Virus record (IMG/VR): IMGVR_UViG_2663762783_000006
Location: 1 to 64,000 of that record
Source: a virus
Taxonomy: Duplodnaviria; Caudoviricetes
Length of the DNA stretch: 64,000 nucleotides
Strand: one strand, 5' to 3'
A model generated the notes under the pieces. It saw only the letters and a list, made by a program, of their open reading frames with translations, was not told where the DNA came from and did not search any database. The position numbers and the translations under genes were made by a program. Shown here piece after piece: positions 37,109-46,733 of the stretch. Numbering within the stretch: position 1 is the stretch's first letter; each line of letters starts with the position of its first letter.

Positions 37109-38733
37109 TTCTCGTCGTCCTCCTCATCTGCGCCAGGCGCATCGTTTGCGTCTACTTCAAGCGCGTCAGGGTCTGTTTCGTCATCGCCAAACCCGCCGCC
37201 GAACCCGCCTTGACCACCTGGCGGCTCTGGCGGCTTGGCGTTCTCGATGCCCTCGGCCAAGGTCTCGGCGTAGTCGTTGTCGTACTGCATGCTCGTGGCA
37301 AAAAGCTGCACAACGGTTTTGCGTGGCAGGCCCAGCTCCCGTATCTGCTGCATGATCTGCACGAGCAACGCGGTGGAATTGGTTGCGCGCTCGCGACTCT
37401 CCTGCTGCTCACGCTCAAGGGCCGACGTCGCGCCGTAGAAGTTGATGGCGTAAGGCCGGTCGGACGGGTCAAAGACGTAGCCGTAGCGGTCAAAGCAGTG
37501 GACGTCTACAACGTGGTGGATGAACTCAGTCAGCGCGGTACGAATAATCTCGGAGCGCTCAGCCGCTTGGACGGACGTGCGGAAGAAACCGCCCTCGCCC
37601 AGGCCGCCCGCCAACTGGTCAGCAAAGCCCAGCAGCGCAAGGTCAATGCCCAGCGCGCCTGCCAGGAGCTTGGCCTGTAGCATGACGTCTTCAATCGATA
37701 TCGTTGAGCTACCGGCAGAGCCCTGAAACGACTGGACTTGCGTCAGCTGCTTTTCGTTATCGACGGGCAGCACATGAGTAATGCGCTCGGTCGAAAACTT
37801 GCCCTCCTCAATCAGCTTGCGCGTGCGTTCCTTGCTGGCCTTGAGCAGGTTGCCCAGGGAGGCCATCAGCATGTTGCGGTTCTCAAGCGACATGCCGCTC
37901 ATGTTGACGGTCATCAGGGATTCATCAATCGAACCCAGGATGCGGTTAGAGACCAGGCCCAGGAGGCTGGTGGACAATCGGTCATAGGGCGTCTCAGCCG
38001 CCTCTAGGAACGATCCGCCGACCAGGGACGGCACATGCGGCCACTCCTCGACGTTGTCCTTGGCCAAGGCAATGACCTGCGCGATTTCTTGCGCCTTGAC
38101 CTGCGGAACCCAGCCCATACGGGCCATTTTGCAGCGGGCCATCTGCTTGACGGTAAAGCGCTCGGAGATTTTCTTGGTGCTGGCCGTCACCAGGTAGCCC
38201 GTCGTCGTGTTACCACGCTCATACGGCTGCACCAGCGGCGGCAGGATCATGTCGCCGGTATACATCTCGGTAACGCCGACACCTTTCTTGCTGATTAGCC
38301 GCGCGTAGGAGTCGCCAAAGCCTGCCGCCTTAAAGGCAATCGTGTGCGCGTCGCGATTAAGGAGCGGCAGCAGCGCTCTAGCAATCTCCTCGACCTGCTT
38401 TTTAAGCGCACCGGATACGTCCTTTTTCGGCTCCAGAAAAATCGTGTCGCCCGACGTCTCGTGCCCGCCTAGCGCTTGCGTGACATGCGCGCGCAGGGCC
38501 GTGGAGATAATCGGGTCGCCCATCATCAAGTGGTATTTTTCGTAAATGGTTGCGCGGGATCGGGCAGGGTTTTTGCCGGAACCCAGCAGCATGGAGACCG
38601 TTACGCCGTCGTAGCCGTAGGCTATAGCGTCGGTCTCGATGTTTTGTGCCGACTCGACGACGCCCAGGAATCGCCGTGACGCCGCCTTGAGGCCGTTTAA
38701 TAAGTTCACCATGTTTACCAGGCCGTTAGCCAA
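37105..38733 (-). CDS. Portal protein (P1 Prt-like)
   Basis: 542 aa upstream of the protease; LAGALGID...GGLGEGGFFRTS. Confidence 0.85.
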   Translation of the reverse strand: MANGLVNMVNLLNGLKAASRRFLGVVESAQNIETDAIAYGYDGVTVSMLLGSGKNPARSRATIYEKYHLMMGDPIISTALRAHVTQALGGHETSGDTIFLEPKKDVSGALKKQVEEIARALLPLLNRDAHTIAFKAAGFGDSYARLISKKGVGVTEMYTGDMILPPLVQPYERGNTTTGYLVTASTKKISERFTVKQMARCKMARMGWVPQVKAQEIAQVIALAKDNVEEWPHVPSLVGGSFLEAAETPYDRLSTSLLGLVSNRILGSIDESLMTVNMSGMSLENRNMLMASLGNLLKASKERTRKLIEEGKFSTERITHVLPVDNEKQLTQVQSFQGSAGSSTISIEDVMLQAKLLAGALGIDLALLGFADQLAGGLGEGGFFRTSVQAAERSEIIRTALTEFIHHVVDVHCFDRYGYVFDPSDRPYAINFYGATSALEREQQESRERATNSTALLVQIMQQIRELGLPRKTVVQLFATSMQYDNDYAETLAEGIENAKPPEPPGGQGGFGGGFGDDETDPDALEVDANDAPGADEEDDEK

Positions 38734-38746
38734 TTCATAATTGGCG

Positions 38747-38787
38747 ATGTTAGGCGTGAAAAATGGCGACCTTTTCGGGCGCTTTCC
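38747..38787 (-). promoter_or_regulatory. Putative late promoter GGAAAG-N29-TAACAT (portal operon)
   Basis: Motif family member. Confidence 0.7.
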
Positions 38788-38790
38788 GAG

Positions 38791-39276
38791 TTAGATACCT
38801 ACGCTCGAATCCTGGCGTTTTTCAACAATCAGGCGCGGCAGGTACGGCGGAATCGAGCTGACGGACGTGATGCCGACCACCTCATAGGGCAGCACGAATC
38901 CCATGCCTGGCATTACCATGATCTCATCATGCTTTTTGACTTCGAACGCGCCTTCTACCTTGGGCTCTACCAGGCACTCCATTGCGCCCTCTGCGTAAAT
39001 GACGCCGTCGCCGCTATCAACCACGTTGCCAGGCGCGGCCTGGTAGATACCGCAAAACAGAACCCTGCCTTCGCCGATTTCCTCGTACTCGTAATCCGGC
39101 TCGTCCTCGCTATCCAGTACGCCCAGGCCGCCCAATAGCGGCATACCGCCAATGGCCTCCCCTTCGGAGCTGCGCTTGATCTTTTTGCGCAGCAGTGTGC
39201 ATTCCATTGAGTTGGGCGCACGGAGCACCATTTGCCGCTGCGCGCGGGCCACTTGTACGGGTACGTTGGTAAGCAT
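38791..39276 (-). CDS. Head-tail connector/stopper (P1 gp7-like)
   Basis: Beta-rich; position near the gp25-like and gp26-like genes. Confidence 0.55.
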   Translation of the reverse strand: MLTNVPVQVARAQRQMVLRAPNSMECTLLRKKIKRSSEGEAIGGMPLLGGLGVLDSEDEPDYEYEEIGEGRVLFCGIYQAAPGNVVDSGDGVIYAEGAMECLVEPKVEGAFEVKKHDEIMVMPGMGFVLPYEVVGITSVSSIPPYLPRLIVEKRQDSSVGI

Positions 39277-39291
39277 GGTTCTACCTAATGG

Positions 39292-39552
39292 TTAAAGGGT
39301 GACGCGCGCTTTCGGGTCGCAGACGTCACGAGAGGCCGCCAGCAGCATGCCTGCGGTACGTGGCCACTCGTTCTCGCCGACCACAAACGGCACCATTTCA
39401 TTGCCGTAGCCGACTGCAATCACAGCGGTACTCACACCAGGATGCGCAGGGGCTTCGAGCAGGTCGGCCAGGGCGCGCAGCTTTTGCGCGACGGCGTTGT
39501 TATGGTGGGAAACAGTGGCGGGAGCAGAAGCAGTCATTTGCAAAACACTCAT
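39292..39552 (-). CDS. Hypothetical protein
   Basis: Directly downstream of a late promoter motif. Confidence 0.6.
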   Translation of the reverse strand: MSVLQMTASAPATVSHHNNAVAQKLRALADLLEAPAHPGVSTAVIAVGYGNEMVPFVVGENEWPRTAGMLLAASRDVCDPKARVTL

Positions 39553-39569
39553 GGGTTAAAAGTGGCTCC

Positions 39570-39610
39570 ATTTTGCGGAGCCTGGCGCAGGGCTCTTGCC
39601 TGCGCTTTCC
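39570..39610 (-). promoter_or_regulatory. Putative late promoter GGAAAG-N29-CAAAAT
   Basis: Motif family member. Confidence 0.65.
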
Positions 39611-39612
39611 CA

Positions 39613-40719
39613 TCAGGTCGTTGCCTTGGCGGCAGCCAATGCGGCTTGTGCTTGTGCCTCGCTAAAGCCAGCAGAGCGCAGCATGGCGATAAACTTGGCA
39701 TCGGGTATCTTGGCCTTGGCGGCGGGCTTTTTCGCAACCTCGGCGCGCGCAGCGGCTCTGGCAGCCAATTGCCGCTGGTAAGACGGCTGCGCCTGGCGCT
39801 GCGCCCGTTTCTCGCTGCTGGTTTTGATATTGCGTCTGCGCGAGTCTTCCTTGCGCATGGCCTCGGCCATCTTGCGCTGATCGGCAACTTTAGCGATATC
39901 TTTCGTATGGGATATGTCATCCCTAAACTTCTGAACAACGCGCTTAGCATAGGCATTGAACGTCGCAGAATGCAGGATCACTTGCATTACCCTCAGCGCG
40001 TGCTTGCAGGCGACGCCAGACAAGCCAGGGTTGGTTATCTTCGGAAAAGACAGCTCAGCCCGACCATAATTATACTCGGCCTGCGTCGCTACATAGCGGA
40101 AGAAATACTTGTGGCGGGGGCAGCTACACTCGAAGCGCAAACGTCCACCCGTCATCTGCTTAATAATCTTGTCAGACTTCACTGGCGAAGCCACGACCGC
40201 GCCGAAGTCCAAGAACTGGACGTTTACATTGTGGTGCGTGAATTCAGAATCAGCACTTGCATTAGTATAGAAGTGGACAACCAGTGACGTACCCTGCCCT
40301 CCTCCCTCAGTCATGGCGGCGTAATGCGTCGGGTTAGCCATGTGAATCTCTCGATTCGCGCGCTGCCGGTCAGCCTTCCACGACATGTCTATGACACTTT
40401 TCGCTCTTATGCCGCCATAGATGCGCTTAGACTTAGCTTGATTCTTAAGCTGTCTCACGTTATGCGTGAAGGTCTTTAAATCATCTGCCGTGATGATCTT
40501 AGGTTTTCCCCCAAGCGTCGTAAACAGTGCTCGGGAGAAACTATAATCGCCAGCAATCTCATCGGGCGATATTAGCGTATTGCCTTCTCGGCCCTGGTCG
40601 GACTGGCGTTGCCTTACCTCCTCAGCGAAGGCGCGGATTGATTGCGCGCGAACATTACGCGCTGGCGGCAGGCTCTCGGGGCGAATCTTGGGCACTATTG
40701 GGCACCTTATCAGAGGCAT
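39613..40719 (-). CDS. P1 gp25-like tail protein with SWIM-like zinc motif (start uncertain)
   Basis: FECSCPRHKYFFRYVAT...FPKITNP.L.GVACKH. Confidence 0.8.
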   Translation of the reverse strand: MPLIRCPIVPKIRPESLPPARNVRAQSIRAFAEEVRQRQSDQGREGNTLISPDEIAGDYSFSRALFTTLGGKPKIITADDLKTFTHNVRQLKNQAKSKRIYGGIRAKSVIDMSWKADRQRANREIHMANPTHYAAMTEGGGQGTSLVVHFYTNASADSEFTHHNVNVQFLDFGAVVASPVKSDKIIKQMTGGRLRFECSCPRHKYFFRYVATQAEYNYGRAELSFPKITNPGLSGVACKHALRVMQVILHSATFNAYAKRVVQKFRDDISHTKDIAKVADQRKMAEAMRKEDSRRRNIKTSSEKRAQRQAQPSYQRQLAARAAARAEVAKKPAAKAKIPDAKFIAMLRSAGFSEAQAQAALAAAKATT

Positions 40720-41980
40720 AGCCCCAGCGTTTGCCGTAGGCTTTTTCTTTTCTTCCCCTGATAGCGTCGAATATGCTGTACCTGGCTGAGCTTTCCAGAC
40801 CTAGCGACAACGCCGCATGCTCGACCGACTTATAGACTTCTCCGGTATCCAAGCATTTTACGGGACGGCAACGCGACTCATTGCGAAGGTCAGCCAGGGC
40901 AGCAAACGAATAGCTATCAAAGACTTTAGGTGCCTCATTTTCCGCCAGATAGCGCCAGCTATAACCTAGCGCTTTCCGACCTTTGCTTATAGCGCTAGGT
41001 ATCGCTCCAGACTTCTCCAAGCCAAAAGCCGCATGCGCCTCTCCCGCACTTGCAAAGACCTTATTAAGCTCCACGCACAGCACTGGCTTGTGTGGCTTTA
41101 CATAATCCCTTTTCCGGCCCTTAGAAGGCTTGTCCGTGCGAACCTTAGCAGGATCAATGCCGCGAGCGATAAGCTCCTCAGCAGTCAGGTAACGCCACTG
41201 CAAAGCGGACCTAGTTGGCTTGCCGTCAAACTGCTTGTTAATGACGGACACCGATATACCTTTAGCCTTGGCGGCATCGGCCACGCCAGGAAAATACTCT
41301 CCTGTCGTTATGCAGAATAATGGCCTTTTGTTTACGCCGACTCCGATTTTGGCCAGGTGCTCACGAAACGACGGGCTATTCTCCAAGCGAGAGCGCATTA
41401 AGGCCGACTGCCGCCTGGAATGCTTTTCGCGGTATTCAGGATCAGCAAAAAGACGCTTGAATATCTTGCCAGACTGAACGGCCATCTTCTGCCTGTATTC
41501 TTCATCAAGCCATCTTGCCTTAAGGCGCTCGGCAGCACTGGCGCGACGCTCAGGGCATTGAGCCTGGCAGCTCATAATTTTCAACTGCGCGGCCCTGTAT
41601 TCAGGGTCTTTCCAGCGCTCTCGATTCTGAACAGCGCAGCGCTGGCTATTTCTCTTGCGCCACTCAGGGTCTTTCCAGAAGTCATGCAGCACCTTGGCTA
41701 CAGTTACCTCAATATTGTATTCAGGCTGGATATGATTAATAGCCAGCTGCTCAAGGTCTCGTAACGTCTCCCGCTCACACAGCAGCACGATATCGAATTG
41801 CATGGCCTGCGCACCATATTTTCGAGCGGCATACCGAAGTTTCGCATTGTAGTGGTCGCCGCGCGCAAAGTGGCCGCGATGCTCATTTATTCGCTTCTGT
41901 ATATTGGCCGAACTGCCGATATACATTTTTCCGCTTGGACTTGTGATCTTGTAAAGACCACAAAGGTGCTTCCTTGCCAT
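40655..41980 (-). CDS. Free-standing GIY-YIG homing endonuclease with NUMOD-like repeats
   Basis: GLYKIT...MYIGSS..R...H...E; three C-terminal C..TG/LN..F.S...A...W.Y repeats; visibly lower GC. Confidence 0.88.
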   Translation of the reverse strand: MARKHLCGLYKITSPSGKMYIGSSANIQKRINEHRGHFARGDHYNAKLRYAARKYGAQAMQFDIVLLCERETLRDLEQLAINHIQPEYNIEVTVAKVLHDFWKDPEWRKRNSQRCAVQNRERWKDPEYRAAQLKIMSCQAQCPERRASAAERLKARWLDEEYRQKMAVQSGKIFKRLFADPEYREKHSRRQSALMRSRLENSPSFREHLAKIGVGVNKRPLFCITTGEYFPGVADAAKAKGISVSVINKQFDGKPTRSALQWRYLTAEELIARGIDPAKVRTDKPSKGRKRDYVKPHKPVLCVELNKVFASAGEAHAAFGLEKSGAIPSAISKGRKALGYSWRYLAENEAPKVFDSYSFAALADLRNESRCRPVKCLDTGEVYKSVEHAALSLGLESSARYSIFDAIRGRKEKAYGKRWGYASDKVPNSAQDSPREPAASA

Positions 41981-42037
41981 ATCGAACCTTTCAATCAATG
42001 TTATCGGTTCGATTATATAGAAACTACAGGCTAATAA

Positions 42038-42331
42038 TCAGCTCTGAATAATGGCGGTGCTGGTAAAGCCGGTCTGCTGCTTTATGGCTTCAAGCTGCGC
42101 ATGTGTGGGTAGGATAATGGTGCGCTGCGTAAGCTTCTGGTCGAATCGATCCAGGCCAGCGGCGGCCATCACGGCTAGGGATTCGTCACGATTGCCATAG
42201 ACGCGCTGAGACACCAGCGGCAGGTTATATTCCTCGTCGGGCTTAACATCGTAGCGAATTGCGTCGTGCCAGGTCTCGCGAGTCGCGGAGAAGGTACGGA
42301 CGGCTTTGTAAAAGTTGGCTGCTTCTTTCAT
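42038..42331 (-). CDS. P1 gp26-like baseplate protein
   Basis: Y.VKPDE..NLPLVSQRVYG motif. Confidence 0.7.
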   Translation of the reverse strand: MKEAANFYKAVRTFSATRETWHDAIRYDVKPDEEYNLPLVSQRVYGNRDESLAVMAAAGLDRFDQKLTQRTIILPTHAQLEAIKQQTGFTSTAIIQS

Positions 42332-42338
42332 GCAGCGC

Positions 42339-42379
42339 AGTGTGCGCAAGCTCAGAGCGAGCCTGCGCGGTCACTTTCC
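42339..42379 (-). promoter_or_regulatory. Putative late promoter GGAAAG-N29-CACACT; likely leaderless mRNA
   Basis: Motif family member; ATG lies 8 nt after the -10 box. Confidence 0.65.
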
Positions 42380-42385
42380 GAACGG

Positions 42386-42871
42386 CTAGCGATATGCTTC
42401 GCGATACTGCGTGACCACCGAGGCCAGCAGTTCAAAGGGCGTATTTTCGGCCAGCGCATACAGCTCAGGCGGCACACTTATTACGCCGACCACAGCAGGC
42501 TTTTCAGGCGTTACCGTACCAGCAGGCTTTGGCGCGCCGCGCGGCAATAACACGGCATCAGCTGCGCGCCAGCCCTCTTTGATTCGGCGATAGGCCGTCG
42601 CGACACCGACGACGCCAAAATGACGGCATAGCTCGTCGATAGAGCCCGTTATACCCTTGACGCAGCGCAAGCCCTTGGCGCGCGTTGTTTTCGCACCCAA
42701 GTGATGATTAGGCCAGCTCGTGACGCCAGCCGATGCGCACATTTGGCGAAAGCTGGTTTCAGGAATGCCTAACTGCTTGGCAGCAGTCCGGCGCGGCAGG
42801 CCCTTTAGGCGCAGGGCCTCGGCCTCATAGGCAAACGTGCCTGGCGTGAACGAATTTACAGGTTGACTCAT
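42386..42871 (-). CDS. HTH DNA-binding protein
   Basis: AAKQLGI...; ELCRHFG...RRIKEGW. Confidence 0.6.
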   Translation of the reverse strand: MSQPVNSFTPGTFAYEAEALRLKGLPRRTAAKQLGIPETSFRQMCASAGVTSWPNHHLGAKTTRAKGLRCVKGITGSIDELCRHFGVVGVATAYRRIKEGWRAADAVLLPRGAPKPAGTVTPEKPAVVGVISVPPELYALAENTPFELLASVVTQYREAYR

Positions 42872-42893
42872 GGTAACAACCTCATGAGAACAG

Positions 42894-43250
42894 TTAGCGG
42901 TCTAGGTCCGCGTGCTCGATAACAGTTAAAACACTTTCCACCGCACGACGGCGCACGAACGCGCCAGCCGTCAGACGCTTAACCAGGCGCATTGCAAGGC
43001 GCAGGCCAGCCCTATGGCCGCGCTTATACATAGCCCTTGCGCGGGCGTCCGCTTCTGCTACGCGGGCCTGCTCAGCGCTTAGCGTCACGCGCAGGGCGGC
43101 CATTTCCTCGCTCATCAGGCGCACGGTATTGCGCAGAACATACGCGCAGGTATGCGACTGAGGGTTTTGCGGCGTGGTGACGTGGCCGCATACGAAACAG
43201 GTCTGTTTCTCTTGCATGGCGATGGCTCGAAGGTAATCAAAAGAGGCCAC
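42894..43250 (-). CDS. Hypothetical protein with zinc ribbon
   Basis: CxxC...HxC. Confidence 0.55.
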   Translation of the reverse strand: MASFDYLRAIAMQEKQTCFVCGHVTTPQNPQSHTCAYVLRNTVRLMSEEMAALRVTLSAEQARVAEADARARAMYKRGHRAGLRLAMRLVKRLTAGAFVRRRAVESVLTVIEHADLDR

Positions 43251-43288
43251 TTTGCCAGGTGGAAAAGGGCCTCTTTACGGCTGGTTTC

Positions 43289-43609
43289 CTACCGATGCGG
43301 CTGCAAATAGCCCTTGGCGATTTCATCGCACAGACCGACCGGCCACCAGGTTATTTTGCTGGCCGCTTTCTGCATCTTGATAATCTCGCCTCTGGCGGCC
43401 AGCTTTATCAGCTCAGCACGGCACGTTGCGTTAGTCATACCGGCGCGTGTAGCAATGCTAAGCGTTGGAGCGCCCAGGCCATTGGATACACAAAACCAGT
43501 CGTTATCGACCACGCTCTTTGTTGTCAGCTGCTTTACGTGGCCCGACGGCAGGCATTGCAGCGCCTCAATACACGCTTCTTTGACATGCTCAAGAATGGT
43601 CGCGCTCAT
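43289..43609 (-). CDS. Hypothetical winged-helix-like protein
   Basis: ORF in operon. Confidence 0.55.
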   Translation of the reverse strand: MSATILEHVKEACIEALQCLPSGHVKQLTTKSVVDNDWFCVSNGLGAPTLSIATRAGMTNATCRAELIKLAARGEIIKMQKAASKITWWPVGLCDEIAKGYLQPHR

Positions 43610-43611
43610 TA

Positions 43612-44391
43612 CTACTGCCTCGATGGAATAAGCGACCTATCAGCCTGGTAGGCTTGCGCGGCGGCGCGGTCGGCTGCGTAGAGGAGTCCTGCTTGATGGC
43701 CGTTGCCAATCCGCTCAGCTTCGGCTCTTAGGTATTCGGCAAAATCTAGTAAAAACTTAGCTTTTACAGGGTCTTGCGCCTCATTTTCGGCCATGTTCGA
43801 GGCACTTTTCAGAGACTCGGCAAGGCCCGCTTGAACGGCCTTAACGATGCGCTCCAGATACAGGTAGTCATCGTTAGGAACCTGGCCGTATTGGCTGGCG
43901 TATGTCATCCAATCGATACCGAAAAAGGCCTCCATTAGATGAGATGGCAGGTTATAGAACTCGTATCCGTCATAGATGGAATCAAGCTCATCAAACGCAT
44001 TACGCGCCGCGCCAGCGTCTAACGGCAAAAGCTGGAAGCGATCAACCGAGGCAGGCGATTTCCCCCACATCGAATAGTCACGCCTGGCAGCCAGCAAGGC
44101 GCGTTTCATGACCTGTTTCAAAGCCTCAGAGTCGAATCGCTTTTGACTGACATGGCTCATGCAGCCAATCAAGTAGTCGCTATCGCAGTCGATAAAGAAC
44201 TGAGCAACGCTGCGCCCGCCCATTGCGCCCCAATAGCTCGACCAGGACGAGCCGTAGCACTCGATAATGATTTTGCCCTGGCCTTTCGCGTAGTCCTCAA
44301 GGATCACGGTCACAGGATCAAGGGAGAACTCAGCTAGCTCGGTTAGCGTGAGTCTGGTTACGTTTGCGGTTGTTACTTTCACTGGTGACAC
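43612..44391 (-). CDS. Conserved phage hypothetical protein
   Basis: GKIIIECYG.SWS.YWG.MG motif; GGAG RBS. Confidence 0.7.
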   Translation of the reverse strand: MSPVKVTTANVTRLTLTELAEFSLDPVTVILEDYAKGQGKIIIECYGSSWSSYWGAMGGRSVAQFFIDCDSDYLIGCMSHVSQKRFDSEALKQVMKRALLAARRDYSMWGKSPASVDRFQLLPLDAGAARNAFDELDSIYDGYEFYNLPSHLMEAFFGIDWMTYASQYGQVPNDDYLYLERIVKAVQAGLAESLKSASNMAENEAQDPVKAKFLLDFAEYLRAEAERIGNGHQAGLLYAADRAAAQAYQADRSLIPSRQ

Positions 44392-44527
44392 TCCATTACT
44401 TTAGAAGGCTTGCCAGGGTCTATGCCTTGGTCTGCTGGGCTTGCAAGTGACTTGCGGTCAGGTGCTCTAGCCAAGTTTTCGGATTGTATCACCTGATAAC
44501 AGATTCTGCACCATATGATTACAAAAA

Positions 44528-46501
44528 TTACGACGCAAGGCCCAGCGCCTCAAGCGCCGCATTAACGCTCTGCCGTTTGCGGTCTCCCGCTTCCGACTGC
44601 ACGTCGTTATCAGCCTGAATGTAGTGCGCGCTCTCAAGGAACCCAAAGGCGAGAGCGTCCAATAAGTCAGGCGACGGCAAGCCTTCTTTGTGCTTCATTT
44701 CATCCTTGCTCATGATCGTCCAGCGACCTTTGTCGTCGAACCCAAACGGCAGACGTCCACCCTGGTCTAGCAGGTCTTTAGTGTGCTGATCGACGATGCT
44801 GATACGGTCCTTTTCAACAGCAAACTTTAGGTGGACGTTGCACTGTGCCCGCTGACTGACAAAGCGGTCGCGGTACTCCTTACGGAAGTTCATGTGTCCC
44901 CAATTGACCTTGATGATATTGGGTACGCCCAGGCGCTCCAGCAGCTTGACGAACTGCACGCCCTGGCCGCCAACGTCCACCATCACGGTGCAATTGGAAA
45001 GCTCACGAGCATGATGGGCAACCATACCAGCGGCGTCCGTCCAGTCCCAGGAGTTGGTAAATACCGGAATGCTCATAGCGTCCATTCGGCGCGGGTCTGG
45101 CGCTTCCGGCCCGCCCTGGCCAATGACGCGCGCATGAATCGCAACCGTCTTGTCACGGAACACGCCTGCGCCCACGTCCACCAGCAGCATATTGCCGTAG
45201 GGCTCATGCTCGGCAATGACGCGCGGGGCTCCGATGCGGCGCTCAAGGCTCTTACGCGATATCAGGTACTTGTCGGAGTGCTCAGGGAATCGGCCCTGCA
45301 CCTTGATCTGATATTCAACGGAATCGCGCCCGCCGTACTCCAGCATCTTGTCGCGCAGGAACTCCAGCGAGACAAGAATGGACTCTTCGGAATTGAAGAT
45401 AAGCGCGTTCCAGTTCCCGCCATTCTCCACGCTCCAGGCGTGGTGCGAGTCATAAAAGAAGCCAGACGAGCGCGTCGGCTGGGAGGCCATCGCAAAGCGG
45501 TTGCGTTTGTCTGTCAGAGCGCCTGCGATAACTTTCAAGTTGGCTTCTGGAATACCCGACGCTTCGTCCGCCAGCCATAGCAGGTAGTTACCGTGTGTAC
45601 CGGCCATGCCTTCTGGCGAGCCACGCGGCGCAGTACGGCAGGTCACGAACCAGCGCAGGCCCGCACCCTTGACGTAGACCTTCTTGGCCTTGATCTCGAA
45701 GTATTCGGCAATCCAGCCTTGTGCGCCTTGCTCGATCAACTCCTTAAGGGTTGAAAACTCTTTCCAGATACCCTCTTGCAGTGTCGCAAGCTTGGGCGCA
45801 GTCAGGTAGGTGTTCGAATCTTGGAAGCAGAGCATGTGCCACAGTGCGATAACGGCAAAGCTGCGCGTCTTGCCAGTGTTTCGCAGGATTGTCCCGTCAC
45901 CACCCAAAAACCGATGATTGCCGTCTAGGGTAAAACCAAAATAGTCACCCTCGCCCAGGCACTCCACTGACTTAATCGGCAGCTCAACAACTCTCGGCTT
46001 GCGGCCCGACTCACGCAAAACCCGACGGCAAAATCGCTTACGGTTAGGGTCTGCCAGCCACTCGGTAACGGTTACTTCTTCAAGCGGATCGTGCAGGCCA
46101 TTCGCCACGCAAAGCGCGTGGGAAGCATTGACCGTGTGACTTGTGCCATCTGCATACGTGACGCGGTACATCGTTTCGCGACCGCGCTTTAGCTCGATCA
46201 CCGTCCGATAATTAATCCCGTCATCAGCCATCAATCGATGGCCTGTTAGCACATCCTCGACGGCAATAACTGAGCCGTCCGCCTGCATGATCTCAGTCCC
46301 AGCCGCAAAGCAGCCGTGGCCGGATGAAACCGTCGTTCTTGATCCGAAAGGACTGACGCTATCGAACAGCTCCCACTGCTGGTCAGTAATCGACATGCCG
46401 CACACTTCGATGGCGAAGCGGGCAGCATCCAGCGCATAGCGCTCAGCAAACGCCTTCCAGCGCGGATCGGCGACAAGGGATAACTGTTTCTTAGCAGCCA
46501 C
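44528..46501 (-). CDS. pacB: Terminase large subunit (PacB-like) containing an intein
   Basis: Split Walker A SGHG|TGKT, Walker B WLADEASG, nuclease motifs VDVGAG...SPDLLDA. Confidence 0.92.
   Translation of the reverse strand: MAAKKQLSLVADPRWKAFAERYALDAARFAIEVCGMSITDQQWELFDSVSPFGSRTTVSSGHGCFAAGTEIMQADGSVIAVEDVLTGHRLMADDGINYRTVIELKRGRETMYRVTYADGTSHTVNASHALCVANGLHDPLEEVTVTEWLADPNRKRFCRRVLRESGRKPRVVELPIKSVECLGEGDYFGFTLDGNHRFLGGDGTILRNTGKTRSFAVIALWHMLCFQDSNTYLTAPKLATLQEGIWKEFSTLKELIEQGAQGWIAEYFEIKAKKVYVKGAGLRWFVTCRTAPRGSPEGMAGTHGNYLLWLADEASGIPEANLKVIAGALTDKRNRFAMASQPTRSSGFFYDSHHAWSVENGGNWNALIFNSEESILVSLEFLRDKMLEYGGRDSVEYQIKVQGRFPEHSDKYLISRKSLERRIGAPRVIAEHEPYGNMLLVDVGAGVFRDKTVAIHARVIGQGGPEAPDPRRMDAMSIPVFTNSWDWTDAAGMVAHHARELSNCTVMVDVGGQGVQFVKLLERLGVPNIIKVNWGHMNFRKEYRDRFVSQRAQCNVHLKFAVEKDRISIVDQHTKDLLDQGGRLPFGFDDKGRWTIMSKDEMKHKEGLPSPDLLDALAFGFLESAHYIQADNDVQSEAGDRKRQSVNAALEALGLAS
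45878..46312 (-). mobile_element. Mini-intein (145 aa) in the PacB Walker A motif
   Basis: Starts CFAAGT, has TVNASH block B and YFGFTLDGNHRF block F, ends LRN followed by Thr. Confidence 0.92.
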
Positions 46502-46664
46502 AGCCTAACTCGGCCTCAAGCCGCTTGAACGCCTCGCGCACTACGCTGATAGGAAAGTGCGCGACGATCTGCTCCAGGCAGCGTTTGGCGGTTTCCGTTG
46601 CGTTTTCGGTATAGGCTGCGCTTAAGGCTTGCAGCACTTCGTCGTCGTGTGTGGCGTCAGACAT
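46491..46664 (-). CDS. Small hypothetical protein upstream of pacB
   Basis: MSDATHDD start; overlaps the pacB start. Confidence 0.55.
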   Translation of the reverse strand: MSDATHDDEVLQALSAAYTENATETAKRCLEQIVAHFPISVVREAFKRLEAELGCGC

Positions 46665-46692
46665 GGAGCGTGTCCAGAATGGGAATCTGGAC

Positions 46693-46733
46693 ACGGTACA
46701 GCGGCAGAAAAGGCTAGGCGGCAGCCATTTTCC
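46693..46733 (-). promoter_or_regulatory. Putative late promoter variant GGAAAA-N29-TACCGT (pacB)
   Basis: Motif family member with one mismatch. Confidence 0.55.

Noticed and set aside
40655-42037. Group I intron around the GIY-YIG gene
   Set aside because: There is no room for a ribozyme core: under 60 nt upstream and an overlap downstream. The flanking genes look intact.
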